From Gaiellaceae bacterium (GTDB taxonomy: Bacteria > Actinomycetota > Thermoleophilia > Gaiellales > Gaiellaceae): a stretch of DNA of 64,000 nt. Within the stretch, counting starts at the first letter, position 1; every line of letters starts with the position of its first letter. The stretch is taken from the NCBI GenBank assembly GCA_036279015.1, contig DASUJY010000072.1, positions 962-64,961 of the forward strand. The letters are read 5' to 3'. This document shows positions 29,224 through 39,899 of the stretch, one piece after another. The position numbers and the translations under genes are program-made. The notes below the pieces were generated by a model that worked only from the letters and a program-made list of their open reading frames with translations, was not told where the DNA came from and did not search any database.

Positions 29224-29685
29224 TCACAGCGGGTCTATGCCGACTTCCCAGAGGCGACCGTCGAGCCGCGTGGCCCGCAGCACATAGGCACGGTAGCGGC
29301 CGCCGGCGCCCTCCTCGAGCCCGGGAACGAGGTCGGCCGTCGGCCGCCCGTCGATCTCCAGGGCCCGCTCTCCCTCTTCGGTCACGGTCAGCATCAGCTC
29401 GTCGCCTTCCGTATCGGCAGGAAGCTCCACGACCTCGATGGCAACCGCGCCGACGGCCCAGGTGCCGCCCTCGTGGCGGACGCCGGCCGCCCGGTACGGC
29501 GGGTCGATCGCGGCCGCGAGCGCCTCCGCGAGGCAGCCCGCCGGCGCCTCGTCCCCGCCCACGTGGATCGGCGCGCGGCCGGCGACGCCGACGAAGGCGC
29601 ACGTGTCCCCGGCCGAGCCGCAGCTCGCGGTCACGACGGCATCCCACTCGCGGGTGCGCGGGATCCCGGAGATGCCCGCCTCCAC
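29224..29685 (-). CDS. hypothetical protein (about 153 aa) between hpf and secA
   Basis: Strong G/C third-position bias in this frame. No family recognised. The GTG 29685 start is uncertain because no SD is seen. The long 360-aa ORF upstream overlaps hpf out of frame. Confidence 0.45.
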   Translation of the reverse strand: MEAGISGIPRTREWDAVVTASCGSAGDTCAFVGVAGRAPIHVGGDEAPAGCLAEALAAAIDPPYRAAGVRHEGGTWAVGAVAIEVVELPADTEGDELMLTVTEEGERALEIDGRPTADLVPGLEEGAGGRYRAYVLRATRLDGRLWEVGIDPL

Positions 29686-29708
29686 CCAGCGAAAGGCGCG
29701 GGGATCGA

Positions 29709-30248
29709 TCAGGAGAGCTGGGGCTCGATCAGCCCGTAGTTGCCGTCGCGGCGGCGGTAGACGACGTTCACCTCGATCGTCTCCGCGTTCTGAAAGACGA
29801 AGAAGTCGTGGCCGACGAGCTCGAGCTGGAGGACTGCCTCCTCCGGGCTCATCGGCTTCACCGGGAACTGCTTCGTCTTCACGATCAAGGGCGAGTCCTC
29901 GTCCGGGACCACGGGCCGGCCCTCGACCGGGTGGGAGTTCCTGGCCGACCCGCGGCGGCGCTTCTCGCGGTAGCGGCGCGCCTGGCGCTCGAGCTTGTCG
30001 ACGAGCTGGTCGATCGAGGCCTTCATGTCGGTCGAGCTCTCGCGGGCGCGGAGCACCGGCCCCTTCGTCCAGATCGTCGCCTCGGCGACCTGGTTCTCGG
30101 AGATGGAGGGGTTCTTCTCGATCTGAAGCTCGAGCTCGAGCCGCGCAGCGTCGTTCAGATGCTTGTCGAGCTTGCCGAGCTTCTGGAGGGCGTAGTCCTT
30201 GAGGGAATCCGTCACGTCGACGTTTTTCCCCTTCACCTGAAGTCGCAC
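29709..30248 (-). CDS. hpf: ribosome hibernation promoting factor, long form
   Basis: MRLQVKGKNVDVTDSLKDYALQKLGKLDKH N-domain. C-terminal dimerisation domain PVKPMSPEEAVLQLELVGHDFFVFQN. Confidence 0.93.
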   Translation of the reverse strand: MRLQVKGKNVDVTDSLKDYALQKLGKLDKHLNDAARLELELQIEKNPSISENQVAEATIWTKGPVLRARESSTDMKASIDQLVDKLERQARRYREKRRRGSARNSHPVEGRPVVPDEDSPLIVKTKQFPVKPMSPEEAVLQLELVGHDFFVFQNAETIEVNVVYRRRDGNYGLIEPQLS

Positions 30249-30302
30249 CGAAGCCTCCTCGTCGGGGTCGCTCTGAATCTACCGCATCGCCGCGCGGCGA
30301 AA

Positions 30303-30995
30303 TCACCGCCGCACCGTTCGCGCAAACGTGACGACGTGGACGCTCCGGGCGCCCGCGCGGCGAAGCTCCGTGGCTGCCGCGCCCACGGTCGCGCCCGTCG
30401 TGTAGACGTCGTCGACGAGCACGAGGCGCCCCGGAGGCGTCCCGGCGGCCGCGAACGACCCGCGCACGTTCCGGCGCCGCTCCTCACGCGAGAGCCCCCG
30501 CTGCGGCCGGGCCGGCTCTCTCCGCACGAGGAGCCTCGCGAGCGGGAGCTGCCAGAGCGATGCGAGCTCCCGCGCGAGCGCCTCGGCCGCGTTCTGGCCG
30601 CGCTTCAGGCTGCGGTCGGGGTCGCCCGGCACGAAGGTGAGCGCGTCGGCCGGCGGGCGCGGCACCGTCGTCCCGGCGAGGTCTGCGAACTCCCGCGCGA
30701 GCGAGCGGAGGCCGCGCTCCTTCCACGCTGCGACGAGGGGGCGTGCAGGCCCCTCGTAGGCGACCGCGGCGCGGGCAGTCGCGAAGGCGAGGCGCCGGCC
30801 GGCGCACTCGCGGCAGCGCTCGACGGGCCACGCGGTGGGCGCGCCACAGCGGGCGCAGAGCGGCCCTTCGAGCCGCCGAAGCGCCGCCAGGCAGGCGCCG
30901 CAGAGAAGCTCCTCCCCGCCCCCGCACGCCGCGCAGCGCCGCGGCAGGACGACGTCGAGGAGGCGAAGCGCGCGCGCTGCGAAGATCGGCCCCAT
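30303..30995 (-). CDS. comFC: ComF-family phosphoribosyltransferase-like protein
   Basis: N-terminal double CxxC zinc-finger-like motifs. C-terminal PRTase signature LVLVDDVYTTGAT. Confidence 0.85.
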   Translation of the reverse strand: MGPIFAARALRLLDVVLPRRCAACGGGEELLCGACLAALRRLEGPLCARCGAPTAWPVERCRECAGRRLAFATARAAVAYEGPARPLVAAWKERGLRSLAREFADLAGTTVPRPPADALTFVPGDPDRSLKRGQNAAEALARELASLWQLPLARLLVRREPARPQRGLSREERRRNVRGSFAAAGTPPGRLVLVDDVYTTGATVGAAATELRRAGARSVHVVTFARTVRR

Positions 30996-31061
30996 ACCCG
31001 CCCCTGCGTGGGATAGCGGGCCGCGGCGCGCGGGTGGCGCGCCGATCGTGCCGGCTTCGCC

Positions 31062-32090
31062 TTAAGAGGCCGACGCGCCCGCCGGATAACGGAGCAGCGC
31101 GTCCGCGAGCTTGGAGGCGTCGCCGAAGATACCGGCGATCGCGAGGCCCTCGTCGGGAACGGCGGTGCCCGGGAAGAGTGCAGCGCTCCTGATGGCTGCC
31201 CCGGCTCCGACGCGGCATTCGGCCCCGATCGCCGCCGGGCCGCGAATCTGGGCGCCCTTTTCGATCACGACATTGGGGCCGAGCACGATCGGGCCGTCGA
31301 GCTGGGCGGAGGCGTCGACCTGCCAGCCGGCCTCGGCCCAGACACCCGGTGCGATCTCCTCGCCGGCGCTGTCGATGCGAACGTGCCCGAGCACGGCGTC
31401 GAGGATCGTGTTCCGGAGCTCCTCGAGGTCGCCGACGTCGTTCCAGTAGGCCATCGTCGTGTACGCGTAGATCTCCTCGTTCCCGGTGACGAGGTTCGGC
31501 CAGATGTCGCTGCCGAAGTCGACGAAGGTGTCGGCGGGGATCCGCTCGAGCAGCTCGGGCTCGATCACGTAGACACCGCAGTTGGCGAGGTCGGAGCGCG
31601 CTTCGTCACGCGTCGGCTTCTCCTGGAAGCCGCGCACGCGCGTGTCGCGGTCGAGGATGACGACCCCGTACGCGCTCGGGTCGCTGACCGGCTTGACGGT
31701 CAGCGTCGCCAGCGCCCCGGTGCGCCGGTGGTGGCCGAGGAGCGCGGTCACGTCGACGTCATGCAGCCCGTCCCCCGAGGTGACGAGGATCGTCTCATCA
31801 CCCCAGAAGTCCTCGAGCTTCTTCGTCCCGCCGGCCGTGCCGAGCAGCTCCGGCTCGTGCGACCACCGAATCGACATGTCGAGCGAGGACCCGTCGCCGA
31901 AGTACTTCTCGATCATCTCGGGAAAGGCGTGCACGTTGATGCCCACCTCACGCACCTCGTGGCGGTGGAGCAGGTTCAGGAGGTGGTGGAGCACCGGTCG
32001 ATTGGCGACCGGCATCATCGGCTTCGGCAGGAAGTCGGTCAGAGGCCTGAGGCGCGTGCCGAGGCCCGCCGCCATCACCATGGCCTTCAA
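31062..32090 (-). CDS. NDP-sugar pyrophosphorylase (nucleotidyltransferase with C-terminal left-handed beta-helix)
   Basis: MAAGLGTRLRPLT..PKPM, TAGG and SGD motifs. TTG start forms a TTGA overlap with the mtnA stop. Confidence 0.85.
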   Translation of the reverse strand: MKAMVMAAGLGTRLRPLTDFLPKPMMPVANRPVLHHLLNLLHRHEVREVGINVHAFPEMIEKYFGDGSSLDMSIRWSHEPELLGTAGGTKKLEDFWGDETILVTSGDGLHDVDVTALLGHHRRTGALATLTVKPVSDPSAYGVVILDRDTRVRGFQEKPTRDEARSDLANCGVYVIEPELLERIPADTFVDFGSDIWPNLVTGNEEIYAYTTMAYWNDVGDLEELRNTILDAVLGHVRIDSAGEEIAPGVWAEAGWQVDASAQLDGPIVLGPNVVIEKGAQIRGPAAIGAECRVGAGAAIRSAALFPGTAVPDEGLAIAGIFGDASKLADALLRYPAGASAS

Positions 32091-33058
32091 GGCAGCGACT
32101 CCGCGTAGGGCGGCCGGTGCACGCCCTCCTCGGTGACGATCGCGGTGATGAGCTCGGCGGGCGTCACGTCGAAGGCCGGGTTCCGGGCCTCGAAGCGGCT
32201 GCTCACCTCACCCGGGTCACGCTCCTCGATCGGGATGTCCGCGCCCGTCGCGGCGGCGCGGTCGAGCGTCGAGGTCGGTGCGACGACGTAGAACGGAAGC
32301 TCGTGGTGCGAGGCCAGGACCGCGAGCGCGTAGGTGCCGATCTTGTTGGCCGTGTCGCCGTTTCGGGCGATCCGGTCGGCGCCCGTGATCACCTGCGTCA
32401 CCTCGCCGCGCGCCATCAGCGAGGCGGCGGCCGAGTCGGCGATCACGCTCGCCGGAATGCCGGCCCGCTCGAGCTCCCACGCGGTGAGGCGCCCGCCCTG
32501 GAGGAGCGGTCTCGTCTCGTCGACGAAGACGTGCGTCACGAGCCCGCGCGCGAAGCCCGCCTTCACCGCCCCGAGCGCGGAGCCGTACCCGCCCGTTGCG
32601 AGACCGCCCGCGTTGCAGTGCGTGAGCGGGGAGGCGCCGTCCTCGAGGAGGCCGGCGGCATGCTCCCCCATGCGCCGACAGCGCGCCACCTCGGCGCTGT
32701 GGAGCTCGCGGGCGCGCTCCGCGAGGTCGCCGTCCGCGGAGCGCATCTCGGCGATCGCCCAGGGGAGGTTGACCGCGGTCGGGCGCGCAGCGACGAGAAC
32801 CTCCGCGGCCTCGTCGAGGTCTTCTCCGCGCTCCGCGGCGAGCGCGTAGCCGTACGCCGCCGCCACGCCGATCGCCGGGGCGCCGCGGATGACCATCGTC
32901 CGGATCGCGTCCGCCACCTCGGCGGCCGAGCGGCACTCGACCTCGATCTCCTCCTCCGGCAGCCGCCGCTGGTCGAGGAGGACGACGGTGTCCCCCTCCA
33001 GACGAACGATCTCCTCCGGGCGCAGGTCGACCGACCCGCCCGCGAACCGCGGTCTCAT
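32087..33058 (-). CDS. mtnA: S-methyl-5-thioribose-1-phosphate isomerase (eIF-2B alpha/beta/delta-like family)
   Basis: LLDQRRLP..., IRTMVIRGAPAIGVAAAYG, THCNAGGLAT, GADRIARNGDTANKIGTY. Confidence 0.88.
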   Translation of the reverse strand: MRPRFAGGSVDLRPEEIVRLEGDTVVLLDQRRLPEEEIEVECRSAAEVADAIRTMVIRGAPAIGVAAAYGYALAAERGEDLDEAAEVLVAARPTAVNLPWAIAEMRSADGDLAERARELHSAEVARCRRMGEHAAGLLEDGASPLTHCNAGGLATGGYGSALGAVKAGFARGLVTHVFVDETRPLLQGGRLTAWELERAGIPASVIADSAAASLMARGEVTQVITGADRIARNGDTANKIGTYALAVLASHHELPFYVVAPTSTLDRAAATGADIPIEERDPGEVSSRFEARNPAFDVTPAELITAIVTEEGVHRPPYAESLP

Positions 33059-33068
33059 GCCCGGATTC

Positions 33069-34349
<1,281 letters not shown>

Positions 34350-34754
34350 CTACGGGTCGGCGCGCCCGTACTTGTCTTCGAGGCGGACGACGTCGCTCAG
34401 CTCCGGCGTCGATGCCTCGAGCACGATCGAGTCCTCGAGCGCTCGCCAGCGGTGCACGGTGCCGGGGGTGAGATGGAATGAGCGCCCCGGCCCGACGACC
34501 TCGTTGTCGAGCGGCTTGCCCGGTTCTCCGATCTCGAGCTCGATCCGCCCCGAGTGGACATAGATCGTCTCGTCCTTCGTCCGGTGGAATTGGAGGCTCA
34601 GCTGCTCGCCCTCCTTCACGAAGAGGAGCTTGCCGCAGTAGCGATCCGTGGCCGCGAAGATCACCTCGTACCCCCAAGGCTTCTCGACCCGCCGCACGTC
34701 GAACGCGAAGCGGTCGAGATCGAGGAGGTTGGGTGACATCTCGCTCATTTCCAT
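34350..34754 (-). CDS. cupin-domain protein resembling the C-terminal phosphomannose-isomerase domain of type II PMI/ManC
   Basis: KPWGYE...LSLQFHRTKDETIYVHSG...GTVHR. Separated by 4 nt from the preceding nucleotidyltransferase gene. Confidence 0.75.
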   Translation of the reverse strand: MEMSEMSPNLLDLDRFAFDVRRVEKPWGYEVIFAATDRYCGKLLFVKEGEQLSLQFHRTKDETIYVHSGRIELEIGEPGKPLDNEVVGPGRSFHLTPGTVHRWRALEDSIVLEASTPELSDVVRLEDKYGRADP

Positions 34755-34758
34755 GGTC

Positions 34759-35466
34759 CTACCCCAGCTTGCCGACGAGAGTCAAGGCCCCCTCCGAGCC
34801 GAGCGCCTCTTCGGCCCGACGCAGGTCCTTGGGCGTGTTGACGGTGATCCAGAGACCGGTGTGGCGAAACGCTCGCAGCCGTCCCGCGGCGGCCAGCTCG
34901 GGGAACGTCGAGTCCTCGTGGTCGCCGCGCTCCGGGAGGGCCTCGAGCGCGCTCTCGCCGAGGACGTAAACGCCGCAGCTCACCCAGTGCGGCAGCTCCG
35001 GCGCCTCCCGGAAGCCGGTCACGACGTCCTCCGCGCCGAGCTCGACGACGCCGAACGGCGACTTGAGCGGCACGACGGCGATCGTTCCCGCCGCGCCGGT
35101 CTCTCGGTGGCGCGCGAGCATCGCCCCCAGGTCGAGATCGACGAGCTCGTCTCCGTTCAGCGCGAAGACGTCGCCTGGCTCGCGGCGCGAGGCCGCGGCG
35201 AGCCGCAGGCCGCCGCCGCGCCCGAGCGGCTCGGGCTCCGGCGCAGGCACGATCTCGGGGCCGAGCCCGGAGAGCGCCTTCGTGAACTCGTCCTCCGTCC
35301 CCGCCGAGCAGCTGACGATCACGCGGGTGACCCCGGCCGCGGCGAGCATTCCGACCTGGTAGGCCGCGAGCGGCCGCCCGGCGACCGGCACGAGCGCCTT
35401 CGGCCGCCCGCCGGCCGCGGCGCCGAGCCGCTCGCCCTTTCCTCCTGCCAGGATGATCGCCTCCAT
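34759..35466 (-). CDS. sugar-phosphate nucleotidyltransferase (mannose-1-phosphate guanylyltransferase-like)
   Basis: MEAIILAGGKGERL...PKALVPV signature. Confidence 0.8.
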   Translation of the reverse strand: MEAIILAGGKGERLGAAAGGRPKALVPVAGRPLAAYQVGMLAAAGVTRVIVSCSAGTEDEFTKALSGLGPEIVPAPEPEPLGRGGGLRLAAASRREPGDVFALNGDELVDLDLGAMLARHRETGAAGTIAVVPLKSPFGVVELGAEDVVTGFREAPELPHWVSCGVYVLGESALEALPERGDHEDSTFPELAAAGRLRAFRHTGLWITVNTPKDLRRAEEALGSEGALTLVGKLG

Positions 35467-35479
35467 CGGTCCCTCCCGA

Positions 35480-36820
35480 TCAGCGCCGGAGCTCTGTCTC
35501 CGCTTCCGCCGCGACGGGAAGCGTTTCGAGCTCGTGTGCCGCGCGGCCGATCGACTCGTACGTGAAGCCCGCCGCGCGAGCCTTCTCCGGGTCGAGGAGG
35601 TTCCGTCCGTCGACGATGAGCGGGTTGCGCATGGACGCCGCTACCTCCGGGGCGAGCAGCCCGCGAAGCTCGTCCCATTCGGTCACGATGACCGCCGCGT
35701 CCGCGTCCCGGAGCGCGTCCTGAAGCGTCTCGCACAGGTCGACGGCCACGAGAGCGCGCCTCGCCTCGGCGAGCGCGATCGGATCCCAGCCCCTCACCAC
35801 GGCGCCTTCGGCGACGAGGCGCGGCGCGAGGATGAGACTCGGGGCATCGCGCATGTCGTTCGTGTTCGGCTTGAAGGTGAGGCCGAGGAGCGCGATCGTC
35901 TTCCCGCGCAGCGGCCCGAGATGCCTGACGAGCTTGCCGACGACGCGCCGCTTCTGGAGCTCGTTCACCTCGATCACCGCCGTGAGGAGCTGGAAGTGGT
36001 AGCCGGAGTTGCCGGCGAGTTGTTTGAGCGCGCTCACGTCCTTCGGCAGGCAGGAGCCTGAGTAACCGATGCCCGGCCGCAGGAAGAGCGAGCCGATGCG
36101 GCGGTCGAGCCCCATCCCTTCGGCGACGACGGAGACGTCCGCCCCCGTCTCCTCGCAGACGTTGGCGATCTCGTTGATGAACGAGATCTTTGTCGCGAGG
36201 AAAGCGTTCGACGCGAGCTTCACCATCTCGGCCGAGGCGACGTCGGCGCGCACGACCGGCGCTTCAATCGTCTCGTAGAGCGCCTCGACCGCGTCGCCGT
36301 CGGCGTCGTCGAAGGCGCCCACGACTATCCGGTCCGGATGCATGAAGTCGCGGAGCGCCGTCGACTCGGCGAGGAACTCGGGGTTCGAGACGTAGCCGAC
36401 ATGGGCGAGGCCGCGCGCGTCCAGCCCGTGCCTGACCTTCTCGCCGGTACCGACCGGCACCGTGCTCTTCATGACGAGGATCGCACGCTCCTCGAGGTCG
36501 GGCAGCTCGTCGAGGACGCGCCAGACTGCCGAGAGGTCGGCGTCCCCGGAGGGAGTCGGCGGCGTCGGGACGGAGACGAAGGCAATCCGCGCCCGTGCGA
36601 AGACCTCGCCGAGGTCGAGCGTGTAATGGATCCGCCCGCGGTTCGCGGCGAGCGCCTCGCCGAGGCCGGGTTCGAAGATGGGGACGCGCCCGGCCTCGAG
36701 CTCCGCGATCCGCTCAGGGACGACGTCGCGAACGACGACCTCGTGGCCGAGCTCCGCGAAGCAGGCAGCGGTGACGAGCCCGACCCAGCCGGCGCCGATG
36801 ACTCCGAGGGGTTCGTTCAT
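35480..36820 (-). CDS. ugd: UDP-glucose 6-dehydrogenase
   Basis: N-terminal GAGWVGLVTAACFAELGH, catalytic region GYSGSCLPKD, C-terminal UDP-binding domain. Confidence 0.93.
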   Translation of the reverse strand: MNEPLGVIGAGWVGLVTAACFAELGHEVVVRDVVPERIAELEAGRVPIFEPGLGEALAANRGRIHYTLDLGEVFARARIAFVSVPTPPTPSGDADLSAVWRVLDELPDLEERAILVMKSTVPVGTGEKVRHGLDARGLAHVGYVSNPEFLAESTALRDFMHPDRIVVGAFDDADGDAVEALYETIEAPVVRADVASAEMVKLASNAFLATKISFINEIANVCEETGADVSVVAEGMGLDRRIGSLFLRPGIGYSGSCLPKDVSALKQLAGNSGYHFQLLTAVIEVNELQKRRVVGKLVRHLGPLRGKTIALLGLTFKPNTNDMRDAPSLILAPRLVAEGAVVRGWDPIALAEARRALVAVDLCETLQDALRDADAAVIVTEWDELRGLLAPEVAASMRNPLIVDGRNLLDPEKARAAGFTYESIGRAAHELETLPVAAEAETELRR

Positions 36821-36829
36821 CGCCTGAGC

Positions 36830-38716
36830 TTAGTCGCCACGGAGCGGCTTCAGCCCCTTCGCAATGGCGAGCATCGTCTCGTTCGAAAGTCGGTTCAGCG
36901 TCGTGTTCATCACCCAGTAGGCGGCCCCATTCACGCGGAAGGCGACCATGTGCAGCTTCGGCCCGTCGAAGTAGAGCCCGTAGTCGCGCCCCTTGATGCG
37001 CCGCTGCACGCTCGCTCCGTCGAGGATCGGCGGGTCGTCCCAGGCGATCTCCTGGATGCCCCAGTACTCGGCGCCCGCGGTCTCGTAGACGAGGCGGACG
37101 GCGCCGTGGTCTCCGACCTTGTAGGCGCGCACGGGCTCGACCGTGGAGAGCGAGGAGGACGACTCCCGGACGCTCGGCGTGTAGAGCTGGAGGCCGACCT
37201 TCGACTTGACGCTTCGCAGCACACCGGCGGCGACCGTGTCGGTCGTGACGGCCGGAGGCTCGGGGGTCGGGGTCTGGTCGGAGGGACCCGGGGTGAGATC
37301 GCCGTCGAACGTCTGCCCGACGATCACGCGCAGCATCGTGTCGAGCTTCGTCCCGGCATCGGCCGCCTCGGTCTCCCCGTCGCCGAAGAGATCGGCCATC
37401 TGCTCGGCGGCGGCCTCGGCGCCCGCGACGGCCGGGTCGTAGAGGATCTTCGTCCGGAAGTAGTCGAACTTGTCGGCGTTGCCGCCGTTCACGACCTTGT
37501 AGCCGCGGTCGGAGAGATGGATCGCCGCCTCGTCGGCCGCGCCGGCGACCCCGTTCCCGTTCAGGACCTCGACGCTGACGTCGGAGGGACGCGGCCCGGT
37601 GTCCTTCGGCGCCTTCTCGCCGAGGGCGACGTTTGCCGCCTTCTCGGGTGCGGACACGTCGGGGTTCATGAAGTTGTTGACCGCCTCGTCGATCGAGGCC
37701 TGCGAGGCGGAGAGCTCGTTGTAGCCGGTGATCCCAGAAAGCTGCACCTGCTGGAAGTTCCCCGACGGGAGGCCGTAGATGAGCCGCGCATAGCCGTAGA
37801 GGGTGCCGACGTCGAGCGCCTTCCCCCCTCCCACGCCCACCTCGACGTTGTCGGTGACCGTGTTGACGATGCCGGGCACCCGGGTGACGGACCAGTGCGT
37901 CGCGATCTGCTGCTTCATCGCCTTGACGAAGTCCTGCTGGCGCACGACGCGGTAGAGGTCGGAGTCTGTGTGCCGGAAGCGGACGTAGTCGAGCGCCTGC
38001 TTGCCGCCGAGATGCTGGTAGCCAGGCTGGATGTCGATGGTGGCGTAGTTCTCGCCGTTCGAGTTGTCGTTGAAGTAGCGGTGGTCGACGTCGAGATAGA
38101 CGCCGCCGAGCTTGTCGACGATGTCGATGAAGCCGACGAAGTTGACCGTGATGATGTAGTTGATCGGGATGTGGGTGAGCTCCTTGACGGTCTTCAGCGT
38201 CCCGCGCGGCCCGCACGAGGTGTAGGCCTCGTTGATCCGGCCGGTGAACGGTGCCTGTCCCTTGCAGCCCGGGATCGGGACGACCAGGTCGCGCGGAAAG
38301 GAGAGCATCGAGACGACCTTCTTGCCCGGGTCGGCGCGGAGGAGCATGATCGTGTCCGAGCGCGAGCCGAGCGAGCTCTCCGGCCCGAGGCGCTTGTCGT
38401 ACCCGACCACCATCGCGACGGTCGGCTGGTCGGCCTTGGCGACGTCGAGCTCCTCCTGGGCAGCGATCACCTCCGGTGTGTGTGCACGCACCTCCGCGAC
38501 GCTCTGGTTGATGAAGAGCCAGGCGCCGCCCGCAAGGGCTCCGGCCGCGACGAGGACTGCGATCACGAGCCAGAGGAAGAACTTGCCGAGCAGGCGAAGC
38601 GGACCGCGGCGCTTGGTGCGATAGCGGTTCACGCCGCCGAGCGGAGAAAGCGGGATCCCGCCGTGGCCGTTGCCGGAGACATTGCCGGCTCTTCCACGCT
38701 TGAGGGTCGTTCGCAT
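36830..38716 (-). CDS. LytR-CpsA-Psr (LCP) family cell-envelope phosphotransferase with LytR_C and an extra C-terminal domain
   Basis: N-terminal TM, SRSDTIMLLRADP...SFPRDL LCP core, LytR_C-like VEVLNGNGVAGAA, then about 190 further residues. Confidence 0.88.
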   Translation of the reverse strand: MRTTLKRGRAGNVSGNGHGGIPLSPLGGVNRYRTKRRGPLRLLGKFFLWLVIAVLVAAGALAGGAWLFINQSVAEVRAHTPEVIAAQEELDVAKADQPTVAMVVGYDKRLGPESSLGSRSDTIMLLRADPGKKVVSMLSFPRDLVVPIPGCKGQAPFTGRINEAYTSCGPRGTLKTVKELTHIPINYIITVNFVGFIDIVDKLGGVYLDVDHRYFNDNSNGENYATIDIQPGYQHLGGKQALDYVRFRHTDSDLYRVVRQQDFVKAMKQQIATHWSVTRVPGIVNTVTDNVEVGVGGGKALDVGTLYGYARLIYGLPSGNFQQVQLSGITGYNELSASQASIDEAVNNFMNPDVSAPEKAANVALGEKAPKDTGPRPSDVSVEVLNGNGVAGAADEAAIHLSDRGYKVVNGGNADKFDYFRTKILYDPAVAGAEAAAEQMADLFGDGETEAADAGTKLDTMLRVIVGQTFDGDLTPGPSDQTPTPEPPAVTTDTVAAGVLRSVKSKVGLQLYTPSVRESSSSLSTVEPVRAYKVGDHGAVRLVYETAGAEYWGIQEIAWDDPPILDGASVQRRIKGRDYGLYFDGPKLHMVAFRVNGAAYWVMNTTLNRLSNETMLAIAKGLKPLRGD

Positions 38717-38767
38717 AGAAAAAATCGCCGCACGGCGACTAGGGGAGGATAGCCAAGCGCGCGGGCA

Positions 38768-39889
38768 TCAAACGCCACGAACGGTTTCCGCGGCCAGTTG
38801 CTCCGCGACCGCCAGCAGGCTCTCGCTCTGCTCGTAGACGGCGAGCTGCTCGTCTGCGCCGGTGCCGCGCTCGAGGAGACCCTCGACGAGGTCGAGCTGC
38901 GGCGCGCAGCCGAGCTCCTCGGCCGCGGGCCGGCTGAGCTCGACGAGCCGGCGGAGGGCCTCTCGCGCCGGCCGTTCCGTGTCGTTCGCGAAGTCGATCA
39001 GCTTCGCGTCGAGCCCGTCGCGCGCCGCGCGCCACTTGTTCTCGGCGATCAAAGTGATCGGCTCGGTCGCGGGCGGCTCGCCGCGGTCGAAGTCCGCAGC
39101 CATCGTCGCCACGAGCGTCTGCGTAAGGGCCGCGATCGCCGCCACCGAGTCGATCCGCGTCTGGGCGTCGCAGATCCTGAGCTCGATCGTCCCGAGGCGG
39201 GGATGCGGGCGGAGATCCCACCAGATGTAGGTGTAATCTTCGAACGAGTTCGTCTTGATGCCGCGCTCGACCATGAGCTCGAACTCCTCGTAGGAGGCGA
39301 ACGCGGGCGGCAGCCCTGCGCGCGGGAAGGGCTCGAAGACCTTGACGCGCGTCGAGGCGAGCCCCGTCTGCCGGCCCTGCCAGAACGGCGAGTTCGCCGA
39401 GAGGGCGAGGAGCTCCGGGAGGTAGGTGCGCAGGCCGTTCGCGCAGGCGATCGCCTTCTCCGGCGAGTCGAGCCCCACGTGCACGTGCAGGCCGAAGATC
39501 AGCTCGCGCTCGGCGATCCAGCGCATCGACTCGATCAGGTCGAGATAGCGCGGCTCGTCGGTGACCTCCTGGTGCTCGTACCGGGAGAACGGATGCGTCC
39601 CGGCCGAGGCGATGACCGCGTCCCGCTCGGCGGCCGCGTCCCGAAGTCGGCCACGCAGATCGCGCAGGTCCGCGATTGCCTCCTCGACGGTGGCCGCGAC
39701 GCCCGTCGCCACTTCCACGACCGACTGGAGGAGCTCCGCCTTGACCCGGTGCTCCGCCTCCTCGCCCTCGAAGGCGCGGAGGATCTCGTCGATCCGCGAG
39801 ACGAGCTCGTAGCTCTCCGCGTGGAGGAGCTGGAACTCCTCCTCGACCCCGAGGCTGAACGGGGCGCTCTTGCCGAAGTTCTGGTCCAG
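38768..39889 (-). CDS. ybdK: carboxylate-amine ligase, glutamate-cysteine ligase family 2 (YbdK type); start unresolved
   Basis: FSLGVEEEFQL..., GTHPF, IFGLHVHVG, LALSANSPFW, WWDLRPHP..GTIELRICD. The 140 upstream codons in the ORF track overlap the neighbouring gene out of frame. Confidence 0.85.
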   Translation of the reverse strand: MDQNFGKSAPFSLGVEEEFQLLHAESYELVSRIDEILRAFEGEEAEHRVKAELLQSVVEVATGVAATVEEAIADLRDLRGRLRDAAAERDAVIASAGTHPFSRYEHQEVTDEPRYLDLIESMRWIAERELIFGLHVHVGLDSPEKAIACANGLRTYLPELLALSANSPFWQGRQTGLASTRVKVFEPFPRAGLPPAFASYEEFELMVERGIKTNSFEDYTYIWWDLRPHPRLGTIELRICDAQTRIDSVAAIAALTQTLVATMAADFDRGEPPATEPITLIAENKWRAARDGLDAKLIDFANDTERPAREALRRLVELSRPAAEELGCAPQLDLVEGLLERGTGADEQLAVYEQSESLLAVAEQLAAETVRGV

Positions 39890-39899
39890 CGGTCCGGCG

